From Octopus bimaculoides (Eukaryota), in the NCBI RefSeq assembly GCF_001194135.2, contig NC_069002.1, forward strand, positions 35,070,520 through 35,134,519: a DNA stretch of 64,000 nucleotides, written 5' to 3'. Shown piece after piece: positions 39,183 through 51,235 of this stretch; the stretch's first letter is position 1, and each line of letters starts with the position of its first letter. The translations under genes and the position numbers were made by a program. The notes under the pieces are model-generated. The model ran no database searches, was not told where the DNA came from, and worked only from the letters and a program-made list of their open reading frames with translations.

Positions 39183-39595
39183 TAAGGCAGCGAGCTGGCA
39201 GAAAGCCGAGGACGCCGGGCGAAATGCTTAGCGTATTTCTTTCGTATTTACGTTCGGGATTCAAATTCCGTCAAGATCGACTTTGCCGAGTGCTGGATTC
39301 GATGTAATCGAATTACCATCTCCCTCCAAATGACTGGCCTTGTGCCAAAATTTGAAACTGCTTCTAATATTGCTGCTGCTAAGGCAACACGCTGGATGAA
39401 TATCAAGCACGTCGGGCGAAATGCTTAGCGGTAATTCGTCCGTATTCTCGTTCTGAATTCAGATTTCACCGAGGTCGACGTTGCTTTTCATTATTGCGGG
39501 GTCGAAAACATATATATCAGTCAAGGACTGGCGTCGATGTAATCGACTATCCCCTCCCACAAATTTCAGGCCTTGTGTCTAGAGTACAAAGGGTT
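39183..39595 (+). mobile_element. Two tandem SINE family A copies (39183-39358, 39379-39595)
   Basis: Both start GCTAAGGCA...GGGCGAAATGCTTAGCG and end with the short tail GGCCTTGTG. Confidence 0.85.
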
Positions 39596-42500
39596 ATTGC
39601 TGCTGTTCATACTACTACTAGTTGTGCTAGTAGTAGTAGTAGAGGAAGATGATATTGCAAGTGAGCGGTTTCAACTGTCCAAACTAACAATAATTAAGTT
39701 TATAGGGTTGCATAACTCTGCCATCGACAATGATCGATTTTGCGGTGCATAAATAACATCAAACGGAAATTACTGTTAGGAATTGCCATAAAAATAGGAA
39801 GAAACAGACAGCAATAAAACCGAATTCTGGATGGGAACTGGTTTTGGATAGTCGGTTAATTAACTTGCCAAAACATTGAATATAACAAGCGGAAATGTTA
39901 TTATGTGTGATTACCATAATACTTTGGGTCATAGAGTCACTACCCAAAGCAATGTATTTCCCCTCCGTTCTGCATCTTATTTATGCCATATTTGCGCAAA
40001 CCATTCTGCTCCGAGCTAGCCATATATACTGGCGACTATCCTTTCAACTTTGTAATCTAACCTGGCAGTCGTCTATTATAGTTTGGTTAGAGGTTGCATT
40101 GCTTATAGCACAGAATTGTTTGTTCCTCACTTTGGGTAACACTTTACTGTTGTATTTGGTTTTCAATTTTGCGTGGTAATAATGGATTTGCTCATTGACA
40201 TAGCAGTTTGCTGGTGGCGGGCTATACCATTTCATACTACATGTAAATGTCTCACACAGCGCAGCTATCTCTCTCTCTCTCACCCTCACGGACACACACG
40301 TACACACACGCATACATTCATACACACGCACACATTCATACACCCGCAGACAACCAGATATTCGAACCTATTACAAATTTCAGTGAGATATGTCATAATT
40401 AATTTAGCGAACGCCATAATTGATTTTATTTAATTATTACTACACTCTGTTGTAAAATTAAATATCATTGACTTAAATGGTTTCAAAAAGGCTGAATGAA
40501 AACTACTCAGGTGAGTGTTCACTTTGATAAACACACAGACATTCCGTCTCTCATATAGACTATAGAAAGTTTATGAATTTTCGGTTAACACTTTCTTCTC
40601 TGTCTGCAGAAAGGCACAGCGCTCATGGTGTTTGCAGGCTATTTTAGATCTGTGATATCAATCTCATTAATATTCATTTTGAATTTTTAGGAATTTACTT
40701 ATGCAATCGGTCGACAAAATTCCTGTCGGCGTTTTTATATAAAGAATCAAGCCTCTGTTATATTCACACAATTATAAACCAGACAATGCGTTTCTTAAGA
40801 AAAGAATGAAGCAGTTTCGATTAGATGTTTGTTTGTTTAATGTGAATTTGATGAAAGCAAGGAATACGTGTCAATCGTGTTAGGGTTCCTCTCTATGTAA
40901 CTACGCCTCAGGTTGTGGTCAGATATTCGGGTCATGATCATAAAGTCTTGACTTTATTCCCTGGATATTTAACCATCTTAACCTTTAGGTCAAGATGGTT
41001 AAGGCCGAAACATATTCCATCATACGTTCCCTCCATTGACAATGACCTGCGAGTAAACAACAAAGGAAAGAATATATTTATTAAGGATTACCAAATCCAG
41101 TATTTCTCTCATTTTCGCTCCACCCTATCTCTGTCATTTTCCTTCTCCATCAATTTCCCTTTCCCTCAAATTCTCTCTCCCTCTTTTTTTGTCTCTCCCT
41201 CTCCTTGGACGTACCACTGGCGGTCCTAGAAGTGAGATTTACCTGCCAGCAACCATATAGGTACCTATTGCAATTAGCAATCCCATGGTACATTTTAGCA
41301 AGCTATGCTTGCATGGGAGCAACGAATGATTGTCTCGACCACGTCAACAAAATTTACTCAACTCCATATTATTTAAAATTGATCAGGATGTTTATAAAGA
41401 TAGAAAGAGAGGAAATAGAACGCCACCTATTGTAGATAAGAAACATCTACCTGAGATAAATTAGTCCGCAAAAATGTTACTGAAACTAAAAATGCCTACA
41501 GTATTTCTTCACATATATCATGAAATGGACTGAAATAATCGTAGTACTAACGGGAAAGGGCTCTATTCAAAAATTCGTTTGAAGCTGAATAATTCTGAAA
41601 TCAGGCAGGAAATGAACTGGACCAATACAGTATATACGAAACATATAAACTCAGTATACTTTCCGTTCTTGATAGTCTTCTTCTGCTAAGCTTTGTTCTT
41701 TGAGTATTTAGCAAATCCGATGGGGGTTGTAAATATAACATTTCAAAAGAAGACAACAAGAAAATACCTCACACATTTTATGATTCGTGTGGGAACAATT
41801 ACCACTAGATAAGCACCAAAATATTATTAACTGGAGTGATTACAAGAGGTGGTTGGGTCAGTGAAAGCGTACGTGTCCCTACGAATTGGATTATAGCTGT
41901 TTTGGTCTCGATGCTTTCACAAATTACGATGTTGTAAATCAGAATACTGTTTGCATACGGTAATAAATGTTCTGTGTGTATATGAATTATTGGACTTAAG
42001 TTTGTCAATATAAATAAGATAAAAATTACCTAATAAACCATAACGCAAATGAGATAATTAATCAATTCTGTAATCTTCATTAGTATCAAAGAATTATTAA
42101 TAATTAAAATTTGTATTTAATGTTTGTCTTTCTTGGATATCTTTCCAGACATTTACGAAATCTAAAAAACGAAGAGAAAATAAATAAAAAAAAACATCAG
42201 AACGAAATTTCTCAAATAAGTCCGTTTCTTTATTTTATTAAAATGCATCACAAATATTTGCTTGAAGATGAAAAGAAATCTTGCTTCCCACACTTACCAT
42301 TCCATATTCCATTCAAAAGTGAAAGCTGCCTTTGGTCTTTCAAATTTTTATCAGTGCAAGTTACTAAGTATTTATCGGAATAGTTAAAAAAAACAAACGA
42401 ATATCTGGTTTGAATTTAAGATGGCGGTGACGTGTTTTCGATCACTGATTAAATGTGTTAGGTTTCGCATTACATTTGGGTTAGCCCTCTGAGGAAAAGT

Positions 42501-42733
42501 AAGGAAATACGTTCTTCCTTTCACTCTTTCGCGTTGACACAGGTTCGTTTCGTCTATTGGGAGAAAAAAAAGAAGATATTTTCATATCTGATGACTTCAA
42601 CCACGTTTACACAGTCGTGAAAGTACAACGCATATCTTCGTTAACACACTTACTGATTGTTCCTAGCATAAACGGTAACCGTAAATCATGTGTGTGTATG
42701 CATGTATATGTACATACATTATAGATATATATA

Positions 42734-42769
<36 letters not shown>

Positions 42770-43610
42770 TATATAGATAGACACTCTCATACACTCAGGC
42801 GAAAGGAAACGAAAATCAACAAAAAAATAACAGAAAACCATATTAAAATAATCAAAATGACAAGGGATTTTCACAGAATATATTACTGGCTTAAGTAAAA
42901 ATGGAAACTTATAGAGTGAAAGTTATGACGTTTTGGATATTGTCCTTTGTCATATACTGGAGGGAAGTCCAGCAGAAACTGAAAAAATTAAGACAAGGCG
43001 AAACGAGATAAGAAAAAATTGAAAAGAAAAATGCATGTAGGGTTTATGCGTAGCAGGATTAGACTTCAGATCTTCGGGCAAAACGAACAGTGCTGCGTAT
43101 ATATGAAGTATTTCATTACACACACAGTTCACTTTCTTCAGGTCGTGTGTAGAGTGCTTTCTACTATATGCAGAAGAAAAATTAACAATGAAAAGAGTTT
43201 TTATATCGCACGGCTACTCAACATTGTTTTGTCACCAACACTAAAAGTGTTACAGAACACGTTCCTGTCATTCCTACTATGTTTTTGGACGGGATGACTT
43301 TCTTAACTACTGTTTTTTCGCTCAACACTAAACAATGTCGTACGTTATGTTTGAAAGATGACCGCGGCTAAATATAGCATGAATAAAACTCAACTATCTT
43401 TGTCAATATGAGAGACACAGGTCATAAAATTGAGGAGGCACTGGGAAAAAAGTATTTTTATTGAGACCGTTTGAAAATATACAAACATGCTTTTATGTTA
43501 ATCCGTGTTTATGTGTGTATATATGCAACACGCCACTCTCAGATATGTGTTAATTCATTGTAAGTTTTTGTGAATTACAAAGAACATGAATGAATTGTGC
43601 TTATGTGCCT

Positions 43611-43770
43611 TCAATGCGACAGATAGCGTAAGGGAATTGCAGATAATAAGTCTGACCAGTTCCTAGTACGTCTATTTTCTAGAATTCTTGAGATCATCTC
43701 TACTTCTCTAGAAGTGGAGAAAATGTTAAAGAATTTATGTCCTAAGTTATCTGATATGCATTTTTTGTGC
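43611..43770 (-). pseudogene. Possible retroviral-type integrase remnant
   Basis: SDNLGHKF...SREVEMISRILENRRTRNWSDLLSAIPLRY loosely resembles SDNG..F...G.VER.NRTLK....NW..LL..V.FAY. Confidence 0.25.
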
Positions 43771-43780
43771 ATGTGCGTGT

Positions 43781-43843
<63 letters not shown>

Positions 43844-44562
43844 TATATAGATAGATAGATAATATAATATATGCTTACCTACAAACGCGGACACGGATAT
43901 AGATATATACATGTATACCACTGTTTATCAAAATAAATAGACATACAGAGAGACAGACAGACAGAAAGGTAGATAGAGAGATAGACATAATGAAACTACA
44001 TCGGAACACCAGAAAATGAACAGCCAACAGGTAGTTAGGAACTGCAACTTGGAAGCAGAAAGAACAGTTCCAAAGTTCAAAAGTAATTTACTCTCTGCTG
44101 TTGCAACCGCATTCTTGCTGTGGATCTGACTTTTTTCATAATGTTAAGAAACCAATACTATTTTACAGGATGATTTCACACAAAGAAATGTAATACATAT
44201 ATACACAATTGCATGTATACATACATACATACATGTATATGTGCATACACAGATACATACATACATACACACGTGCATGCAGTCATATCTTCTTCATTGA
44301 TATATTCATAGATTTCCGTTAAGAACGTAACTCTTAAGAAAATAAAGATTATTGCATTGTTTGTATAAGAAGTGAAAGGGTTTTGCAAAGGTTAAAATAC
44401 ATATTTAAACCCACCACGTATTCGGTTGATATTTTCAGCCACGTTTCGATATTTTATTGCGTGGAGGTGAAAGATCACATACCCTTTCATAATATTGCTG
44501 TATTTTTGATATTGTCTTTATGAAGATTAGCAATAGAAGAATGAATATATGAATACACACAC

Positions 44563-44598
<36 letters not shown>

Positions 44599-44699
44599 NN
44601 NNNNNNNNNNNNNNNNNNNNNNNNNNNNNNNNNNNNNNNNNNNNNNNNNNNNNNNNNNNNNNNNNNNNNNNNNNNNNNNNNNNNNNNNNNNNNNNNNNN

Positions 44700-44748
<49 letters not shown>

Positions 44749-45899
44749 CACGTACTCGAACCCATGCATATATTCATAGATAGATGTGTGCGTGTGTGTT
44801 TGCACTAATTCTTCACGTTCATTCATATGTGCTATGTACACGAGTACGAAATTGTGTGAAATATTTCATGACATAATTGTGTGAGTAATTTTATATTCGA
44901 ACTACACACATATACACACACATATAAACGCACACTTATATACATGCAAATATACCAAGACGGAGCAAGAGAAAAGGGAAGAGGTTGACATTTATATAGG
45001 ATGGAATGCAGACACGGATATAACGTCCTTATTTATTTTCTAAATAAATGGTAAATAGGAATTGCTTTTGGTTCCTGCTACGCACACACGAACACACACA
45101 CACACACATATCTACACACACTCACACACACATACACATATATTTCCAGTAATATACACTTCTACACTTGCAAGCACTCGAACACACACTCATAAACATA
45201 GCCATGAATTGACAAAGAACCACCATTTTATATTCAAACTGCTTCATAGCAATCTTTACTTCACTTCACAGCCTTTCAAGATTAATGAAAATCTTTCAGG
45301 ACAAAATATCGCGTCGGCATTTAATAAAAATAAGATTAAGTTAACCAGTCTTTCATTAAAAAAAAATACGAAACAAACAAACCAACGCAACTAAATGATT
45401 AGAAACAGAAAAAAAGTAAATAAAAAATATAAGATTCAGCACCAGATAAGAAGTGAGATTATTTTTCAGATTTCCGTCTTTTAGAAGGTTAATACATGTA
45501 TATTGACTTCTAATCTTACTTGAGATTCTGGAAAATGATACAGTAAAGCGTAAATATAATATCGTCTGCATTTTATTCAATTATTTAATATTCGATACTT
45601 TGCAAGGCAACCGAAGACGGGGCGTTCCTGCAGAGATTTAGCCGTAAGATTAATTTCATGGAAGAATATACCAATTCATTTTTTCCCCTTTCAACATCTT
45701 CTCTCTCACTATCTCTTCATTTTACACATTCTTTCTTTCTTTTTCGTTTTTGGGCTGTGACTTGAATTTCTTCTGAATCAATAAGTTGTTCGCTGTAAAT
45801 CGATATCGATCTTAATATCAGAACAGTCATTCTTGAAAATAATGTCATTTTATTGAATTGTTAGTTATATGTCTCCGACAGCCGCCGTTGGGTGTATCG

Positions 45900-46310
45900 A
45901 TAGGATATGCGACAACGATTAGAAGCCATCAGAAACTTTCTAGTCTTACTTTTGCTGGCGTCACTTTTCCAAAAACTATCTAAGATTGAAGTATGTAGGA
46001 AACTTAATTCAAAACAGGTTTTATAAAACAAATGACAAGCATTAATTACTAATGTCTGTATCAAATTTTCTACTCTACCTTCTCGAATTGCTAAACAACT
46101 CTGGTTGTTTAGCAGATGTGATGTTTACTACTCAGTGCTCATCTAACAGCTCAATAATCAAATGCACCCCGTCTTACTTTGACATATCTCTGAATAAATC
46201 ATCCAATATGCTATTTCAGTTTTGCTGCTGTTTCCTTCAACTCCAGATCTACCCTGATCTTTTAGATTTATGATCAAAGGCTTTCTATTCATTACTAGCA
46301 TCATTTTATG
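45900..46310 (-). pseudogene. Possible decayed LTR-retrotransposon gag-like remnant
   Basis: Stop-ridden frames give DGVHLIIELLDEH...FSNSRR.SRKFDTDI and LHTSILDSFWKSDASK. These resemble invertebrate copia-type gag (DGV..LL..LD...F..FRR...I...L.D.VLA.KLLD.A). Confidence 0.25.
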
Positions 46311-46594
46311 GACACCTGACAAAATATTATCTAACATGTTCCACTTTTTATTCTGCTAAAATATAAAGGCACTCCAGCCGTGGCTAACACATGGCTTTAG
46401 TATTTGGTACAGTATGCTTCAAGCTAGGTACTTATTACTCCGTGTAACACGATTTTTGTCCTTGTGTAGCATTTTTTTTTTCTATTCGCATGCACAGTAG
46501 AGCTTGAGTGCAACCTTTTTGCCAAGCGGCTTTAACTCTTCGTGCCTCAGCTTCGATATTATTGCAACAGTCCCGATTCTTATTGATCTTATTC

Positions 46595-46900
46595 CTCTTA
46601 TACAAAATACCGAATGCCTTCATACACTACCTACCTTATAAGAAACTGAGACACTCTCATGTCTCTGGCGATCAGAATGACTTTTCTGAGCTGCCGTACC
46701 TTTGTAATCACCATTAAACTTATCCAACTCTTTCGGAATCCTCGGCACTGTCCTCAGATTGACACCCACACACTATGAAATGTTCGTACCAGAGCTTGCA
46801 GTGCGAATGCCAGGCAGAGCATCATGTCGTTTCCACATTTCCGGCACGACGAATTGTGTCACGGTGGTGTTTCTCTCACAAACGGTGACCAACTGAACCT
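46595..46900 (-). mobile_element. Tc1/mariner-superfamily transposon, 5' part with HTH remnants and internal deletion
   Basis: EMWKRHDALPGIRTASSGTNIS*CVGVNLRTVPRIPKELDKFNGDYKGTAAQKSHSD, then IARDMRVSQFLIR*VVYEGIRYF (two HTH-like segments). A TIR-like sequence TATACTGTGTAGTCGACAAAATCAAAAACAAACT is adjacent at ~46903-46936. Confidence 0.65.
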
Positions 46901-46989
46901 ACTATACTGTGTAGTCGACAAAATCAAAAACAAACTGCGCACACGCACAAATTAGAAATATAAGATGGTACTAATATACACATCATACC

Positions 46990-47034
<45 letters not shown>

Positions 47035-48249
47035 CTACTACTGTCATACCACTCACGCATTCTTATTATTCTTTAACTTTTTTTCCACTCCCTCTTCTTC
47101 TTCGCCGTCTCTTTCCTCGGGTGCTGCTGTTTACACAATCAAAACCAAGAACCCACATCCCTCATTTTAAATATTTCTTCAGATCTGCTATTACCTACCG
47201 AGCTTTCACAAAAGTAAGAGAGAGAGAGAGACAGAGAGACAGACAGACAGACAGACATACAGACACTGGAAATGTCCCAAGTATTTAAAAACTATGGAAA
47301 TATTTTGAAAAAACATTTCATATAATTTTTCCACGATTTGTTTTTCATGTTTTACTCTAAGTTCAAAAGGTCGCAAAGACTGAAACCAGTACTAAAATGT
47401 TCTTCATGATAAAATTATTTTATCATTTTCTACCTTGTCCTATACATTAAATACCAACTCGCGTGTTACTTTTCAACCTTCTACACGCACACTCACACAC
47501 ATATAGAGTGACAGGCAGACATACAGACAAACAGAGGGAGATACGCAGAAATTCTTTTTGAGCTTTGCAATTTGTTCGTGGTATAGTGATCTGACGAAAA
47601 GAATCGAATAAACTCCAAAAGCTCCACATTTCTTTTTTTTTTTTCCAGAATTTAATAAATTTGCTGACAAAGGCATGAATGAGATTAATCTGTGTGCGAA
47701 GAAAAAATAATTAAATAGTTATGTAAAGTAGAGATAATAAAAAAAAAAGAAGACCTTTGGAAATATCTAGTTTCTAGTATCTCCGAAAGTATTTTCTTTT
47801 TTCCGATTCAGAAATACAATTTTATCGCTGGCTCCCAAATTTCCAGCTCACTCCTTTCTAATGATAGCGCTTAATATAAATTGTACGAGTGGGTATTACT
47901 TCTGATATTAACATACACTGGAATAAGCCTTGGGAATTCAACTTATTGTTCATAGGAAAGTTAACAGTGTCAGACAAACATCTGCCAACAAAACCTTTCC
48001 ACGTGATCTACTACTGGGAGGTGGGCTGCATATTAGGGAGGATTTATCGTACGTTTTCGTCGTATGAAATATGTAATCTATGTTTTATATTTCTTTGGTT
48101 ACACATTTCTTACTTTATAGGTTCTTATATTTCTTTTCACTATACTATCGACATTATTATGTGTTACATTTTTATACTCTGTATTTCATATTTTGCATGT
48201 ACTTCTATTTATAAGTCTATTATTATTATTATGCTCACGACAAATTAGA

Positions 48250-48560
48250 CTTGGAAAAGAAAGAAACTTCCTAACATCGGGTTACAACAAGTAACTTTAG
48301 ATCCCTGATATCACTATTTTCTGGAGCCTGTATTAAATTGGGTTTTGTACCTATTTTCATTATACATCTGTTCGGAATCTTAGGGATAGTTCCTAATGCA
48401 TCTATAACTACTTGGATACATTTATCCCGCACTTTCCGTAGTGTCGGTAATTCGATCGCTAGGTCCTGGTACTATACTATTTTTTCTATACTTCTCTTTA
48501 ATGTTTTATCCCACGTCATCAGTTCCAGTCACACACGTTTAGGGATAACTCAGTCGCAAT
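48250..48560 (-). pseudogene. 3' end of a restriction-like-endonuclease non-LTR retrotransposon (R4/Dong/HERO-like)
   Basis: SIEKIV*YQDLAIELPTLRKVRDKCIQVVIDALGTIPK matches the RLE C-terminal motif EK..KYQDL..EL..LW.....IPVVIGALGT.PK. Confidence 0.75.
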
Positions 48561-48880
48561 AGATTATGAGCAAAGATGCTCCATGCGTTAAAGCAGGCAC
48601 AACGTTAAAGAAGTATTTAATCTACGTAGTATATAAACTAGTCTAGAGTTATCGAAAGATAATTGTTTGAAATATATGAAAAGCACGTATCTCGCAGACA
48701 GAATTGAGAATTAAGGGTCTGAGAGAATAAGGTACGTCTTTTTTTAGCATGTGTTTGATGATGTGTTACTATGTTTCCAAAGACACTGGAATTGGGAAAA
48801 GGTGGTGGAATGCTTCTGCTGCGATTATCTCTCAATGATTCTATTGCCTGTCCGGATCTTGAATGTGTTATCTCGTATGA

Positions 48881-49190
48881 AGGCGCTTGGCTCAGTCTTT
48901 GGAGTGTTCAGCCCGTGAGCGTATGGTCACGTGATCGATTCTTGGCGGCGCGTTATGCCCTTGAGCAAAAAACTTTATTTCACTTTCCTCTAGTCCCATC
49001 AGCTGTCAAAAATGATTAGTATCTTTATTTCAACGAGCCCACGTTGTCACATCCTGTGTCATGTTGAATTTCCCTGAGAACTAAGTTAAGTGTACGCGTG
49101 TCACAGCCACTTGCACTTTAATTTCACGAGCAGGCTGTTCCGTTGGTCGGATCAACTGGAACGATCGTCGTCGTAACCGACGGAGTGTCA
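48881..49190 (+). mobile_element. SINE with CORE-like body and tail X
   Basis: AGGCGCTTGGCTCAGT head, CCCTTGAGCAAAAAACTTTATTTCAC body, and CACTTGCAC...AGCAGGCTGTTCCGTTG...CGACGGAGTG tail shared with family B. Confidence 0.75.
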
Positions 49191-49750
49191 GCTTCTAGTA
49201 TGACCATCCGGTGGTGTGAAGATGGTTTTGAAGACCACGGGTTTTGAAGTAAAACATTCTCTCGATTGATAGTCAGGAGAATTTCGGCGGATGCAGGTAG
49301 GAGTGTAGAGGGGAGATTTTCGAAAGGGGAGTTTGTTTCTATTCAGCGAAGGCATCTAAATATGATTATGTTTCTCCAAATAGTATTAACTTTTATCAGA
49401 TCTTCTGGCAATCTAACGAGGCTACACAGGGAACATTTCTTTAATACAACATGAAAGATCTAAGCCCCGAATTACTGGAGAGATATCAAGAAAATTTAGG
49501 GAAGAATTAATGAGAGGAAGGTCGTTCAGTGACAGGCACAAAAATTCAATATTCAACATTCCTTATAACACAAAGATCTATCACGGAATTGTCCTGTATT
49601 GCATACTCCGGAAAATGGAGAAATAAACCGCAAACATTGCAGTTTAAAGGCCAGTAATGATTCATTAACCTGATAAAGATATTGGGAAATCTATATCGCG
49701 AAGATATTATGCATTCAAGGAGATCATCGATACGCGGTTGTCTCCAATAG

Positions 49751-49824
49751 CACTTGAAATGGCATCACGTTTTGAAGCGCAGGGGCGTCCACGTCTTTAA
49801 CATTTACGGTCCCTTTAAAAAAAG
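49751..49824 (+). CDS. Candidate coding exon (unverified)
   Basis: TTGTCTCCAATAG acceptor and AAG|GTATGT donor. Phase 0 to 2: HLKWHHVLKRRGVHVFNIYGPFKK. Could instead be a LINE endonuclease remnant (NIYGP). Confidence 0.15.
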
Positions 49825-50099
49825 GTATGTAAAGTGGTTATCAATTACAAAGTAGATGTTACGGCATCGTCAACTAACCACAATTCACGATAGGAAACTG
49901 TCAAATAATACAAAGTAAAATATCGCGCGCACACACATTCACACGCACACATATTACTCCATAACTGCATCGTCCAGAATAATCGAATGTTATTCTACAC
50001 CACTACTTACAATGCACTTTCTTGTACACTTGTAGTTCTACAATGTATGCCAAGTCGCTGGTTAAGCGGGGAAGCCAACATTCTCTTTGAACGGGAAGT

Positions 50100-50220
50100 C
50101 TGTTCATCACAGATCTATGCAATTTCAATTCAGTGCGTATTTTGCTCAAGGACACACCACGCCGCCGATTTGGGAATCGTTGAGTGCAACACCCTGAAGA
50201 CTAGGCCGCGCGCCTTCATG
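50100..50220 (-). mobile_element. CORE-like SINE fragment
   Basis: TTTTGCTCAAGGACACACCACGCCGCCG...GGAATCG...ACCCTGAAGACTAGGCCGCGCGCCT. Confidence 0.55.
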
Positions 50221-50260
50221 CACAAACACACACGGACTCACTGGTATATTATTCACACGC

Positions 50261-50325
<65 letters not shown>

Positions 50326-50892
50326 NNNNNNNNNNGAGAGAGAGAGAGAGAGTGTGTAAGGGCTGACATGCAGCAGTAGCCCCCAATGAAATTCGTTCAA
50401 AAGACATTGTCAAAGTTAGTTCTCGGTGGCGCCATGTAATGGGACCCGGCATATATCTGCAAAAGGAATACAGGACCACACACTAATGACTGAGTCATAT
50501 CCACACGCACGCACGCACACACACATGTATACACACGCGCGCATAATTTTTCGTATGATTTTATTGGCAGTAACGCAGATATTTATTTAGACCGTTATTA
50601 GTTGCTGCCGTAACTTCGACGTATTTATCGGTAAAATGACCCGTGGTGTTTGTGATTGTACTGTTAGTCTGTTTTCTCTTTTTCTGATTAATGATTGTTT
50701 CTACAACTTGTAGAGTCTATTGTAATAGAGGCATTATTTAACTGTATATGGGATCAAATTTTCGTGAGCTTACAGCACGCTTGTTTCATCAGAAACTCAC
50801 ATACGCATACACAATTATACACAACCACGCAAGATCATACGCACACAAGCGCGCACACACATACACACACAGCCATGCATATCTGTATATAA

Positions 50893-50967
50893 ATAGACAG
50901 GCTGACAGATAGGTAGAGAGACCAATAGATCGATAGATAGATAGGCAGGCAGATCGACTGATGGGTG

Positions 50968-51005
<38 letters not shown>

Positions 51006-51235
51006 CAGGTAGATAGATGGATAGATATGCAGGCAGGCAGGCTGGCAGATCAACAGATAGACAGGCAGGAAGATCGACTGATAAATAGATAGTCAGGCAG
51101 ATCGACTGATAGATAGATAGATAGATAGATAGTCAGACAGATCGATTGATAGATAGATAGGCAGACACGCAGGCAGACAGGCTGGTAGATATATAGATAG
51201 ATACACAAAAATGCACTGATAGACAGACAAAAGAT
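50893..51235. repeat. Compound (GATA)n/(GACA)n satellite with a recurring 17-mer
   Basis: CAGGCAGATCGACTGAT-like units recur four times among GATA runs. Confidence 0.9.

Noticed and set aside
37141-39595. Regularly recurring motifs resembling a CRISPR-like or cassette array
   Set aside because: The units are diverged ~200-bp SINE copies in both orientations with irregular spacing, in a eukaryotic genome with no cas-like genes.
40491-40516. Strong donor CAG|GTGAGT at 40510
   Set aside because: Only a 20-nt segment after a purine-rich AG is open, and it fits no exon chain convincingly.
42586-42625. CTGATGA...GAAA hammerhead-like spacing (also 18153, 51685 and minus strand 50790)
   Set aside because: No helix II closes next to both conserved boxes.
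50470-50500. Near-palindrome ATGACTGAGTCAT containing an AP-1 site
   Set aside because: A single short motif is expected by chance in 64 kb and has no supporting context.
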